Positions 9,786-19,466 of a stretch of 64,000 nucleotides of DNA are shown piece by piece; position 1 is the first letter of the stretch, and the number at the start of each line of letters is the position of its first letter. The position numbers were made by a program, and so were the translations under genes. A model generated the notes under the pieces. That model was not told the origin of the DNA. It saw only the letters and a list, made by a program, of their open reading frames with translations, and searched no databases. Source of the stretch: Prochlorococcus sp. AG-670-N10 (GTDB taxonomy: Bacteria; Cyanobacteriota; Cyanobacteriia; PCC-6307; Cyanobiaceae); assembly GCA_003209065.1 (NCBI GenBank), contig QCSX01000004.1, positions 1,328 through 65,327 on the forward strand. The letters are read 5' to 3'.

Positions 9786-10421
9786 TTATTCTCTTTTTTC
9801 GATATCTATTATTGTATCAATATCTATTTTTCTATGAAGGAAGTAATGCTTTGAGTCCATTGAAGAAAAGTTTTTAATAGTTTGTGTAAGGACTTCTTCT
9901 CTACCCCATTTAATGTTTATAAAGGGTAAATATAAATTGGTAGATAATAATCTTTCAGAAAAAGCAATAAGCCAATATCCTCCATCATTAGAGGGGCCTA
10001 AAATCAGATCATTTTTTTTTAGTTTTGAAAGAGTATTTAATAAATCCATATGACAAAAATCTGGAAGATCAGTTCCTATAAAAATAATATTTCTTGTTTT
10101 TTTTAAACTATATTTTTTATTGATGAGAATTTGCCTTCTCATCTTTTCTCCTAAACATCCTCTACCTTGTAAATTAAAATTTTTAATTCCTAATTCATTG
10201 CACCACCTTTTACTTTTTTTTAATCCTAGTCCAGATATGGCTAAGGAAATATCAATCAAACCCTTATTTTCCAGGAATTTCGCAACTGAAACAGTATGAC
10301 CTGTCATTTTTTTCTGTACTTTTGCAGAACTAATTTTCCCTATATCTTTTGATAATCTATTTTTACAACGACCATAAGCATGCCATTTAGCCATCACTAT
10401 GAGTAGTGCTTTATCCAACAA
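9786..10421 (-). CDS. GT-A fold transferase, TIGR04282/DUF2064 family
   Basis: MAK...GRCKNRL...IG, QG.G.LGEKM, IGTDLP, LGPSNDGGYWLI, DIDT..D motifs; co-oriented and adjacent to its usual TIGR04283 partner. Confidence 0.85.
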   Translation of the reverse strand: MLDKALLIVMAKWHAYGRCKNRLSKDIGKISSAKVQKKMTGHTVSVAKFLENKGLIDISLAISGLGLKKSKRWCNELGIKNFNLQGRGCLGEKMRRQILINKKYSLKKTRNIIFIGTDLPDFCHMDLLNTLSKLKKNDLILGPSNDGGYWLIAFSERLLSTNLYLPFINIKWGREEVLTQTIKNFSSMDSKHYFLHRKIDIDTIIDIEKRE

Positions 10422-10589
10422 AACATAAACAAGATGTAATTATTATAAGGTTTAAGCAATTAGTAGATTCCACTTTTTGAAATTTATAATCTGCATTGTT
10501 AATAAATTTTAAATTTATCATGATCTTATGATTTGAGAATGACCAATTAATAAATTCCCACTAGATTAAATATCTATTGAAAAAATTTA

Positions 10590-11981
10590 GTGCAAACAGC
10601 CAATCCTATTTGGGCAGAAGTTCAACAATTACTTCAAAAGAATTTAAGCAAGCCCTCTTTCGAAACTTGGATAAGGCCAGCAAAATTTAATTGTTTTGAA
10701 AATGGATTGTTAACTTTGATTACTCCAAATAACTTTACAAGTGATTGGCTAAGAAAAAATTATAGTGAAACTATTGAAAAAGCTGCAGAAGAAATTTGTG
10801 GACATAATGTAAAAGTAGTTTTTAAGTCTGAAACTAATATCAAGAACAATTCAAATTCTTCTGATTCTGTTAGCCTGCAAAATATTAATTCTCAATCAAA
10901 ATCGTTTTTGACAAATCAAGGTAATAATTTAGTTAATAGATCAAAAAAATCTCATTCTTTAAATACACGTTATGTCTTTAAAAGATTTGTTGTAGGACCT
11001 AATAGTCGAATGGCTCATGCTGCTGCTTTAGCAGTGGCAGAATCTCCAGGAAGAGAATTTAATCCCTTATTTATTTGTGGTGGTGTTGGCCTTGGAAAGA
11101 CTCACTTGATGCAAGCTGTTGGTCATTATCGAGTAGAAATTGATCCAGATGCGAAGGTTTTATATGTCTCCACTGAAACTTTCAGTAGTGATTTAATTCA
11201 ATCTATTAGAAAAGATGGAATGCATGCCTTTAAAAATAAATATAGATCAGTTGATCTATTATTAATTGACGATATTCAATTCTTAGAGGGCAAGGAATAT
11301 ACACAAGAAGAATTTTTTAATACTTTCAATGCATTATATGAAGCGGGTAAACAAATCGTTATTGCAAGTGATAGGCCTCCTAGTCAAATACCTAAATTAC
11401 AAGAAAGGCTAATTTCTAGATTCTCAATGGGATTAATAGCAGATATTCAACCTCCAGATATAGAGACAAGAATGGCGATTCTGCAGAAAAAAGCTGAACA
11501 AGAAAGAATGAATCTCCCAAGAGATTTGATTCAATTTATCGCAGGAAGATTTTCCTCAAATATTCGAGAATTAGAGGGAGCCTTTACTAGGGCAGTAGCT
11601 TTTGCCTCAATAACAGGGTTACCTATGACAGTTCAATCAATTGCTCCAATGCTTGATCCAAATAGCGTTGGAGTAGTAGTGACTCCTAAGCAGGTAATAA
11701 AAAAAGTCTCAGATTTCTTTGAAGTTTCACCTGAAGAATTAGTTAGTTCAAGCAGAAGAAAGCCAGTTAGCCAGGCAAGGCAAATAGGCATGTATCTAAT
11801 GAGGCAGGGAACTGAACTAAGCCTTCCAAAAATTGGAGATGAATTTGGAGGTAAAGACCATACAACAGTTATGTATGCTATTGATCAAGTGGAAAAAAAA
11901 TTGTCAAGTGATCCAAATGTTGCCAGTCAAGTTCAAAAAATAAAAGATTTACTACAAATCGATTCAAGAAAAAATTTATAA
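10590..11981 (+). CDS. dnaA: Chromosomal replication initiator DnaA
   Basis: GTG start; FETWI domain [34 protein letters not shown]...[15 protein letters not shown] domain IV. Confidence 0.98.
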   Translation: MQTANPIWAEVQQLLQKNLSKPSFETWIRPAKFNCFENGLLTLITPNNFTSDWLRKNYSETIEKAAEEICGHNVKVVFKSETNIKNNSNSSDSVSLQNINSQSKSFLTNQGNNLVNRSKKSHSLNTRYVFKRFVVGPNSRMAHAAALAVAESPGREFNPLFICGGVGLGKTHLMQAVGHYRVEIDPDAKVLYVSTETFSSDLIQSIRKDGMHAFKNKYRSVDLLLIDDIQFLEGKEYTQEEFFNTFNALYEAGKQIVIASDRPPSQIPKLQERLISRFSMGLIADIQPPDIETRMAILQKKAEQERMNLPRDLIQFIAGRFSSNIRELEGAFTRAVAFASITGLPMTVQSIAPMLDPNSVGVVVTPKQVIKKVSDFFEVSPEELVSSSRRKPVSQARQIGMYLMRQGTELSLPKIGDEFGGKDHTTVMYAIDQVEKKLSSDPNVASQVQKIKDLLQIDSRKNL

Positions 11982-13214
11982 TCTTTGTTTTAATATAAAT
12001 CTGGCAGGATCTTGATCATATCTATGTTTCTCTGGAATTTTATCAATTTTGGAATTAAGATTTGTTGACTCAATTTTATTTAAAGATTGTCTTAATATCC
12101 TTGCAGAAATTATAGGCATATCTCTTGGCACAGAAATTCTATTTTTTAAATAGTTGATGGATGTAACTGCCTTGTTTGGAACTTCATTGATTTCAGAGGT
12201 AATCATATAGGTAAGAGCAGACCTTAATGATTCCTCAAATAAGTCTTTTTCATAAGGATTAGCATTAATAATATTGTCTTTATGTTTCAGGACTCTTTTA
12301 AGTGCAAATTTAGCGTAATAATCGAAGTCTATATCTTGATTAAATTCCAAGTTCCCTAGTCCTTCTCCAACATCTATTAGATTAGAAAAGGAAATTTGTT
12401 GATCATTAACATCCCTAAAGCAGCCACCCATTTGAGGAGGTAGATCATGGGAATGAGTATGAAAATCACCTTGAGTACCTCTATATGCACTGAAATTTTC
12501 AAAAAGGGTTAACCATCTATCAATAAAAGGATAATTATTTCTTAAATCGAACCCCTTGTAATAACTTAATGAAGCGTTCATTCTTTCCATATATGGAATA
12601 AAGATTATGTCTCCAGTTCCTGGCTCTAATTTTTCTGAATCATATATTGATGAATCAATAAATCCTGTTTTGGATAAACTTAATATTTTTTCTAATTTGT
12701 AAATAGATTCTTTAAATTTATTTTTTCGAAAGGATTCATCTAAATAACTAAAGCTATTTCTGCAAAGCCAATTACACCATGATCTAAAAATTTCTCTTTC
12801 TAAATTTCTAGCTTCTCGAATATCATTTGATAATAGAGAGGAACCAAGTGTTCCAAATTCATTTTCTAAAAAAGTGATAATATCATCACTTTCAGTTATT
12901 ATCTGGCCATTAAATTCGATTGCAGGTAATTTACCTGAACTAACTTTCTTGAGGTACCATTCTTCTTTTTGGCCATAACAATACATATTTATTTTCTTTA
13001 CTTTGTAAGGAATCCTTTTAAATTCAAGCCATAACCATATTTTCTGACAGTAAGGACACCAAGAATGTCTATCCCTATACAAAATTAGCTCGACTTCTTT
13101 TTCACTATGACCAAATAATCTTAAGTTTGAATAAGAATTATTTATCCCATTAACTCTATCAATATCATCAATTTCGAATTTACTTAAATCGGCCCAATTC
13201 AAGATGTTATTCAT
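11976..13214 (-). CDS. Glutathione S-transferase family protein with CPYC motif
   Basis: [33 protein letters not shown] thioredoxin-like GST N domain; divergent from gor. Confidence 0.85.
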   Translation of the reverse strand: MNNILNWADLSKFEIDDIDRVNGINNSYSNLRLFGHSEKEVELILYRDRHSWCPYCQKIWLWLEFKRIPYKVKKINMYCYGQKEEWYLKKVSSGKLPAIEFNGQIITESDDIITFLENEFGTLGSSLLSNDIREARNLEREIFRSWCNWLCRNSFSYLDESFRKNKFKESIYKLEKILSLSKTGFIDSSIYDSEKLEPGTGDIIFIPYMERMNASLSYYKGFDLRNNYPFIDRWLTLFENFSAYRGTQGDFHTHSHDLPPQMGGCFRDVNDQQISFSNLIDVGEGLGNLEFNQDIDFDYYAKFALKRVLKHKDNIINANPYEKDLFEESLRSALTYMITSEINEVPNKAVTSINYLKNRISVPRDMPIISARILRQSLNKIESTNLNSKIDKIPEKHRYDQDPARFILKQRL

Positions 13215-13265
13215 TTATTGAAATTAAGCATTATATTTACGATATAATAAATGATTTAAAAAATT

Positions 13266-14624
13266 TTGGAATTTGACTTAATTGTTCTGGGTGCAGGTTC
13301 GGGAGGATTAGCTGCTGCAAAACGAGCTGCGAGTTATGGCGCAAAAGTTGCAATAATAGAAGTAAACAAAATAGGTGGGACCTGCGTTATTCGAGGTTGT
13401 GTGCCAAAAAAACTGATGGTTTATGCTGCTAATAATAGAAGGAATATGCTTTCTTCTGAAGGGTATGGATTAATTAGCAAAGAAATAACTTTTAAATCTA
13501 ATATCTTACTAAATAATGTTAGAAAAGAAGTTTCTAGATTAAGTGTCTTACATTCAAATTCTTTAAAAAAATTAAACGTTAAAGTTTTTGAGGGCCTTGG
13601 AAGATTTTTAAATCAAAATACAATAGAAGTAGTTTGTCCAAAAACAAAAAATATTTTAAGAAAATTAAGTGCTAAAAATATTCTTATTTCAGTTGGTGGT
13701 AAACCAAAAAAATTAAATATTCCTGGAACAGATTTAGCATGGACTAGCGATGATATTTTTGAATTAAAAGATTTTCCTAAAAAATTATTGATAGTTGGTG
13801 GAGGTTATATTGCTTGTGAATTTGCTTCCATTTTCAAAAACTTGGGCACTGAAGTTACGCAATTAGTTAGAGGTAAGAACTTATTAAATGGCTTTGATAA
13901 AGATTTGTCAGAATGTTTAGAAAAATCAATGACTTCCTTGGGTATAAATTTAAAATTTAATAATCAATTAAAGTCCATAAAAAAAATAAATGATGATTTA
14001 GAGTCGACTTTGGAATCAGGAAGTAAATTGTTAAACAATAATATACTTTTTGCAACTGGACGAGAGCCTGCTCTTAAAAGATTAAATCTAAATATTTTAA
14101 ATCTAAAAATGGATGGAATATATTTAGAAGTTAATGAACTAAATCAGACCAGTAATTCTAATATATTTGCTATTGGAGATATAATAAAAAAACCAAATTT
14201 AACGCCAGTAGCAATTGAGCAAGGGAGAGTTTTTGCAGATAATTTTTTCGCTGATCTTAAAAGAAAAGTTAATTATGAAAATATTCCTAAGGCAGTTTTT
14301 ACTATCCCAGAAATTTCAACAGTTGGTCTTAGCGAGGAAAATGCAAAAGAAATTTATTCGGAAGAAAATATAAAAGTTTTTAAGTGTAATTTTACTCCGA
14401 TGTCAAATACCTTCAAACAAAACAAATCTAAATGTATGTTAAAACTTGTGGTCCATAAAAAAAATGATAAGGTCCTGGGCTGCCATATGTTTGGAGAAGC
14501 AGCTTCTGAGATTATACAAATGGTTTCAGTGTCTTTAAATGCAGGGATTACTAAAAAGGATTTTGATACTACCATGGCGTTGCATCCAACTATCTCAGAG
14601 GAATTTGTAACTATGTATGGGTAA
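13266..14624 (+). CDS. gor: Glutathione reductase
   Basis: GAGSGG, GGTCVIRGCVPKK redox disulfide, GGGYIACEF, HPTISEEF. Confidence 0.95.
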   Translation: MEFDLIVLGAGSGGLAAAKRAASYGAKVAIIEVNKIGGTCVIRGCVPKKLMVYAANNRRNMLSSEGYGLISKEITFKSNILLNNVRKEVSRLSVLHSNSLKKLNVKVFEGLGRFLNQNTIEVVCPKTKNILRKLSAKNILISVGGKPKKLNIPGTDLAWTSDDIFELKDFPKKLLIVGGGYIACEFASIFKNLGTEVTQLVRGKNLLNGFDKDLSECLEKSMTSLGINLKFNNQLKSIKKINDDLESTLESGSKLLNNNILFATGREPALKRLNLNILNLKMDGIYLEVNELNQTSNSNIFAIGDIIKKPNLTPVAIEQGRVFADNFFADLKRKVNYENIPKAVFTIPEISTVGLSEENAKEIYSEENIKVFKCNFTPMSNTFKQNKSKCMLKLVVHKKNDKVLGCHMFGEAASEIIQMVSVSLNAGITKKDFDTTMALHPTISEEFVTMYG

Positions 14625-14629
14625 TTAAA

Positions 14630-15709
14630 TTATCTTCTAGAAATTTTTAGACTTTCTTGGGCAAAAAGATATACTGTGAAAAATGCAAAATAAATAAAAA
14701 TAAAAACTCTCAATTCATAGAGATTGTTAAATCCATTTAAGAACAATATCTTATCAATGATGTAGAAAATATATAGATTTAATAGTATAAAGCCCTCAGT
14801 TCTAGTAATTTTACCCTTTGTCCAGAAGATTGGGAGGCAGGCAAAAGTAGTTAAAACCATAAATGGTAAGTCAACTTTTATTAGGCTTTGATCAATTGTA
14901 AAACCTTTTAATCCAGAAAAAACACTGCAACTTCCAAGAATAAGAAGCTGATTCAGCAAATTGCTTCCAATAACATTACCAATTGCAAGATCTGTTTTAC
15001 CTTTCAATGCTGCAATTATTGAAGTAACTAGTTCTGGTAGAGAGGTTCCTGTGGCAACTATAGTTAGACCAATAATGATTTCATTTACTCCTAATAGAGT
15101 AGCTAAGGATTGAGAACCATTTACTAAAATATTTGAACCAAAGCTAAGAAGAAAAATTCCAGATATTAATTTTAATATAATATTAAACTTACCTTTCTCA
15201 ATGCCTGAAGATTCTTCAATCTCTGGCTCCGCTTTTTTATTATCTTCCTCATTTTCTTTAATTGTATTTATTTCCCAAATTGTATTTAAAGTTAAACAAA
15301 ATATTAGAAAAATGCCTGCTTGCCAAGTTAAAAGACCAGTTGAAGACATTGCCCAGACTGCACATGAAATAGCTATTAAAAGAGGAACATCTCTGCGGAC
15401 AATTCTACTTTTTACTTTTAAAGGGGTAATTAATGAACTTATTCCTAAGACAACAAGAACATTAAAAATATTGCTTCCTATTACATTGCTTGCAGCGAGT
15501 GAGTCACTCCCTTTAAAGATTGAATTTAAACTTACTAATAATTCAGGAGAACTTGTACCTAAGGAAACAACAGTTAATCCTATTACTATTTGAGGTATTC
15601 CTAAAATTAATGATAAAGAAATTGCCCCTTGAATAAATAATTCTCCACCTGCAAAAAGTAATATTATTCCAATTATAATCTCTACTATTGGTAATATAAA
15701 TTCACTCAT
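14630..15709 (-). CDS. Calcium/sodium antiporter (CaCA/YrbG family)
   Basis: Two alpha repeats, GTSSPEL..NVIGSN and GTSLPEL..GNVIGSN; about 10 TM segments. Confidence 0.92.
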   Translation of the reverse strand: MSEFILPIVEIIIGIILLFAGGELFIQGAISLSLILGIPQIVIGLTVVSLGTSSPELLVSLNSIFKGSDSLAASNVIGSNIFNVLVVLGISSLITPLKVKSRIVRRDVPLLIAISCAVWAMSSTGLLTWQAGIFLIFCLTLNTIWEINTIKENEEDNKKAEPEIEESSGIEKGKFNIILKLISGIFLLSFGSNILVNGSQSLATLLGVNEIIIGLTIVATGTSLPELVTSIIAALKGKTDLAIGNVIGSNLLNQLLILGSCSVFSGLKGFTIDQSLIKVDLPFMVLTTFACLPIFWTKGKITRTEGFILLNLYIFYIIDKILFLNGFNNLYELRVFIFIYFAFFTVYLFAQESLKISRR

Positions 15710-15816
15710 ATTTAAAAGACTTATTTAGATGATTATATCTTTAATTTATTCAATAACTATCTTAAAACTATTGTCAATTTTTATTTGCTGTTAAGATTAA
15801 TTAAATAATTAAAATT

Positions 15817-16866
15817 TTGAAAGAATTAACTATATTAAAACCTGATGATTGGCATTTACACTTAAGGGAAGGAATTGTTTTAAAAAATATTATTAGTTTT
15901 ACATCTGAATTCTTTGGAAGAGCCATTGTGATGCCAAACACCAAAAACCCAATAACCTCTATAGAAAAATGTATTTCTTATAAGAAATCTATATCTGAGG
16001 CATTGTCTGGTAATTCCACTTTTGAGCCATTAATGACGATATATCTGACGGATGAGACAATAAAAAATGAATTAATAGAAGGCTTTAATAATAAAGTTTT
16101 CTTTGCTGCTAAATTGTATCCTGCTAATGCAACAACAAACTCCAGCCATGGAGTTAAAAAAATAGAGAATCTTTATGGAATATTTGAAGTTATGCAAGAA
16201 CTTGGAATGCCACTTTTAATTCATGGAGAAGTAACTGATCCTGAAGTAGATATTTTTGATAGGGAAGAAGTTTTTATAGATAAAGAACTTTCACCTTTAA
16301 TAGATCAATTTCCAAAATTAAAGATTGTTTTGGAACATATAACCACCTCTCATGCAGTTGATTTTGTTCAGAGTAATAACTTAGGAGCTACTATTACTCC
16401 TCATCATTTACACATAAATAGGAATGCAATGTTCTTTGGAGGTCTTAATAGTGACTTTTACTGCTTACCAGTCGCTAAAAGAGAAAATAATAGAATTGCT
16501 TTAAGGAAAGCTGCTACTAGTGGGAAAGAATGCTTTTTCTTGGGTACAGATTCTGCTCCTCACTTAAGACAGTGGAAAGCTTTTTGTGGTTGTGCAGGCA
16601 TTTTTAATTCTCCAGTAGCAATAGAAAGTTATTTAAAAGTTTTTGAGGAGGAAAATTCACTAAATCAATTCGAAAAGTTTGCTAGCTTGAATGGACCTAC
16701 TTTTTATAATTTACCTATTAATAAAGAAAAAATAAGATTGGTATCTAGTTCATATGAAATTCCAGAATTTATTGAAGTAATTGAGAAAAATAAGGTTGTT
16801 GGAAAAATAAAACCATTTCATGGAGGTGAAACTTTAAATTGGCGAGTAGAGGGAGTAGTTAAATAA
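15817..16866 (+). CDS. pyrC: Dihydroorotase (homodimeric, E. coli-like type)
   Basis: PDDWHLHLR, KLYPANATTNS, HGEV, LEHITT, FLGTDSAPH. Confidence 0.96.
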   Translation: MKELTILKPDDWHLHLREGIVLKNIISFTSEFFGRAIVMPNTKNPITSIEKCISYKKSISEALSGNSTFEPLMTIYLTDETIKNELIEGFNNKVFFAAKLYPANATTNSSHGVKKIENLYGIFEVMQELGMPLLIHGEVTDPEVDIFDREEVFIDKELSPLIDQFPKLKIVLEHITTSHAVDFVQSNNLGATITPHHLHINRNAMFFGGLNSDFYCLPVAKRENNRIALRKAATSGKECFFLGTDSAPHLRQWKAFCGCAGIFNSPVAIESYLKVFEEENSLNQFEKFASLNGPTFYNLPINKEKIRLVSSSYEIPEFIEVIEKNKVVGKIKPFHGGETLNWRVEGVVK

Positions 16867-16993
16867 AAATTAAGAAATTGTATTAAATACAGGAAAATAT
16901 GAGTTTAAATTTTTTTAAAAAAGATTAATTTAATGATTGAAAGATTTAAATTAATCTCAAGATCCCGAGAAAATGTAAATTTTCGCATTTTTC

Positions 16994-17023
16994 TTGTTTA
17001 ATTGATATGGTTTCGGCTACGAT
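16994..17023 (+). promoter_or_regulatory. Possible sigma70-type promoter of tRNA-Leu (TTGTTT-N18-TACGAT)
   Basis: -35/-10-like hexamers ending 21 nt upstream of the tRNA; motif match only. Confidence 0.3.
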
Positions 17024-17044
17024 TGGAAAGCGCAAATTCCTTTT

Positions 17045-17130
17045 GGGAGTGTGGCGGAATTGGTAGACGCGCCGGACTTAAAATCCGTCGAGCGCTTTAG
17101 CTCGTGGGGGTTCAAGTCCCCCCACTCCCA
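17045..17130 (+). tRNA. trnL-UAA: tRNA-Leu (anticodon TAA), intron-less, CCA not encoded
   Basis: Acceptor stem GGGAGTG/CACTCCC plus discriminator A; D-arm GGCGGAATTGGTAGACGC; anticodon loop CT-TAA-AA; long variable arm; T-arm GGGGG-TTCAAGT-CCCCC. Confidence 0.97.
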
Positions 17131-17209
17131 TTCTTAAACTATTTATTTTTAGTTCTTACGATAACTTTTAATAGTTGTTAAGTTTTAACTAAATAAACCA
17201 GAAATTTAA

Positions 17210-17443
17210 ATGGAAAGTATTTTTAATAATTCATTTGCTACTTTAGTTGCCTACGTTGGAATTATTTTTATTTATTTAGTTGTTATTCCGTTAATACTTT
17301 TTTACTGGATGAATAATAGATGGAATGTTATGGGCAAATTTGAGAGATTAATAGTTTATGGATTAGTATTCCTTTTTTTTCCAGGTTTAATTTTATTTTC
17401 TCCTTTTTTAAATCTCAGATTAAAAGGAGATAGTAAAGGTTAA
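17210..17443 (+). CDS. ndhL: NAD(P)H-quinone oxidoreductase (NDH-1) subunit L
   Basis: YLVVIP...[31 protein letters not shown]; conserved ndhL-DUF3007-trpA order. Confidence 0.95.
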   Translation: MESIFNNSFATLVAYVGIIFIYLVVIPLILFYWMNNRWNVMGKFERLIVYGLVFLFFPGLILFSPFLNLRLKGDSKG

Positions 17444-17447
17444 AAAA

Positions 17448-17768
17448 TTGACTAAAGGTAAAGTAGTACAAATAGGTTTATTAATCTCATTATTAGGACT
17501 GTTAAGTTATAAATTGGCCCCACAATTCGGTCTTGATAACTTTACAGCTAGTACAATCTCAAACTTTATCTTGATTGTGATTGTGATAACTTGGGTTTCA
17601 TCTTATGTTTTTAGAGTTTTAAATGGAAAAATGACTTTTATGGAACAAAGGAAGCGTTATAGAAAAGAGTATGAAAAAATTGTGAATGATAAACTAGAGA
17701 CCAAATTTAACTTATTACCAAAAGAAGAGCAGGAAAAACTAATGGAAGATTTAGAAAAAAATCCATAA
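17448..17768 (+). CDS. DUF3007 family membrane protein
   Basis: Two TM helices then W..SY.FRV..GKMTFMEQRKRY; TTG start; typical position between ndhL and trpA. Confidence 0.85.
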   Translation: MTKGKVVQIGLLISLLGLLSYKLAPQFGLDNFTASTISNFILIVIVITWVSSYVFRVLNGKMTFMEQRKRYRKEYEKIVNDKLETKFNLLPKEEQEKLMEDLEKNP

Positions 17769-17806
17769 ACTCCTTAAGAATTATCAAATAAAAATCTCAA
17801 AAATTC

Positions 17807-18646
17807 ATGAAAGAAAGCAAGAAAACACAAAGTCCCATGAATGAAACTTTATCAAAAATAAATAAGAAGTTTTTGGAACTAAAGAAAAACGATAAATTAG
17901 CATTAATGCCTTTCATAATGGCAGGTGATCCTAATATTGAGACTACATCAGAGATTTTATTAAAGTTGCAAGAAAAGGGTGCGGATCTTATTGAATTAGG
18001 AATCCCTTATAGCGATCCTCTTGCTGATGGCCCAATCATTCAATTATCAGCTTCTAGAGCATTAAAGTCAGGAACTACATTGAAAAATGTTATTCAATTA
18101 TTGGAGTCTTTAAAAGATAAGTTGCATATTCCAATAATACTTTTCACTTATTTTAATCCTGTATTAAATTTTGGACTTGAAAATTTTTGTGAATTGGCAT
18201 CTAAAGTAGGAGTTTCAGGATTAATAATTCCCGATCTTCCTTTGGAAGAAGCATATAAATTTTCAGAAATAATTAGTTCTTATTCTATAGACTTGATATT
18301 ATTAGTTGCTCCTACTACTCCCTCTGAAAGAATGAAAATTATATCTAATAATACAAAAGGTTTTACTTATTTAGTAAGCGTGACAGGAGTAACAGGAGAG
18401 AGAAACAAAATGGAAAATAGAGTAGAGAATCTTATTACTAAATTACAAGAAATAAGCATAAATCCTGTAGCGGTTGGTTTTGGAATATCTTCTCCTGAAC
18501 ATGTTAATAAAGTACGTAAATGGGGCGCAGATGGAGTAATTATTGGAAGTGCATTTGTTAAAAGAATTTCTAATAGTAATGAAAAGGAAGTTGTTAATCA
18601 AGTTGGTAAATTTTGTGAAGAAATGCGTAGAGCTGCTGATCAATAA
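17807..18646 (+). CDS. trpA: Tryptophan synthase alpha chain
   Basis: MPFIMAGDP, IELGIPYSDPLADGPIIQ, YLVSVTGVTG, VGFGIS, ADGVIIGSA. The start could be the second Met at 17837. Confidence 0.97.
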   Translation: MKESKKTQSPMNETLSKINKKFLELKKNDKLALMPFIMAGDPNIETTSEILLKLQEKGADLIELGIPYSDPLADGPIIQLSASRALKSGTTLKNVIQLLESLKDKLHIPIILFTYFNPVLNFGLENFCELASKVGVSGLIIPDLPLEEAYKFSEIISSYSIDLILLVAPTTPSERMKIISNNTKGFTYLVSVTGVTGERNKMENRVENLITKLQEISINPVAVGFGISSPEHVNKVRKWGADGVIIGSAFVKRISNSNEKEVVNQVGKFCEEMRRAADQ

Positions 18647-18686
18647 ATGTAATTTAAAAACTAATTTTGCATGTTTATTTTATTAA

Positions 18687-18712
18687 AAAACCCCTAGATG
18701 AAAAGGGGTTTT
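18687..18712. terminator. Bidirectional intrinsic terminator between convergent trpA and cyAbrB
   Basis: AAAACCCCT-agatgaaa-AGGGGTTTT hairpin, with T-runs available on both strands. Confidence 0.75.
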
Positions 18713-18746
18713 AATTCTTAATAATTAGAATAATATTTTATGGGGA

Positions 18747-19097
18747 TTATTCTGAAGGTAATAATCTTATTTGTTTTCTCCCAAGCTTTATTTCAAACTC
18801 ATCGCCTGCTTTTAAGTCTAAGAGTGCTGTATATGCTTTCCCAATCAAAAGATTACCATTACCTTGAACTGTCGCTATATAACTTAACTTTCTGCCACCC
18901 TTCCCAATACCTGCAACTCCAGCATCTCCGAGGTTAACGCCTTTTGCTTCAAGAAGTGCTTCATAAAAAGCAGTGAAATTTAAACGTTCGCTTCCATTTT
19001 TTTTCGTGGAAACGTATCCACATGCACGAACAAGATCTGACTTGCTAATATCACCAAGTTCTTTAACTTTAGCAAGGAGATCGCTACCACTTAGCAT
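18747..19097 (-). CDS. Cyanobacterial AbrB-like transcriptional regulator (cyAbrB/Cal)
   Basis: L.G..LL.KVK.L......DLVRACGY, F..FYEALLEAKG, GR.LSY...VQGNGNLLIGKAYT, FEIKLGRKQIRL. Confidence 0.93.
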   Translation of the reverse strand: MLSGSDLLAKVKELGDISKSDLVRACGYVSTKKNGSERLNFTAFYEALLEAKGVNLGDAGVAGIGKGGRKLSYIATVQGNGNLLIGKAYTALLDLKAGDEFEIKLGRKQIRLLPSE

Positions 19098-19193
19098 AAT
19101 AAATTAATAAAAAGTTATTCTTAATTAACATAGCAATTAGTGTGTAATTTGTGCAATTATTAAGCATATATTTATTCAATTAGTTATCTTTTA

Positions 19194-19466
19194 ATGATGG
19201 GAAAATTTATAGTATTTGGGAAGTATTGCGAAGATGCAATTAACAAAAGGGAACCATTTCGTAAAAATCATCTTGATAGACTTCGGGATTTAAAAGATAG
19301 AAATATTTTAATTACTTTAGGACCTACTAAATGTACAAAATATTTATTTGGTATTTTTAACGCTAATAATGAAAATGAATTAAGACAATTAATTGAGAAA
19401 GATATTTATTGGCAGGAAGGTATATGGATTGATTTTGATATTTATCCATGGATCCAAGCATTTTAA
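19194..19466 (+). CDS. YciI family protein
   Basis: KREPFR..HL..L, LGPT, ...IE.D.YW..GIW....YPW pattern. Confidence 0.85.
   Translation: MMGKFIVFGKYCEDAINKREPFRKNHLDRLRDLKDRNILITLGPTKCTKYLFGIFNANNENELRQLIEKDIYWQEGIWIDFDIYPWIQAF

Noticed and set aside
10411..10419. TTATCCAAC, DnaA-box-like sequence near dnaA
   Set aside because: A single imperfect match inside the first codons of the neighbouring gene, with no cluster of boxes.
15201..15593. 130-aa antisense ORF in the Ca/Na antiporter gene (likewise 34948-35367, 37416-37739, 43263-43568 and other 60-100 aa antisense ORFs)
   Set aside because: Fully nested opposite conserved genes, with no motifs; these are expected stop-poor shadow frames.
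17131..17209. Possible genomic island or att site downstream of tRNA-Leu
   Set aside because: No integrase, no duplicated tRNA 3' end seen in the window, and core ndhL follows directly.
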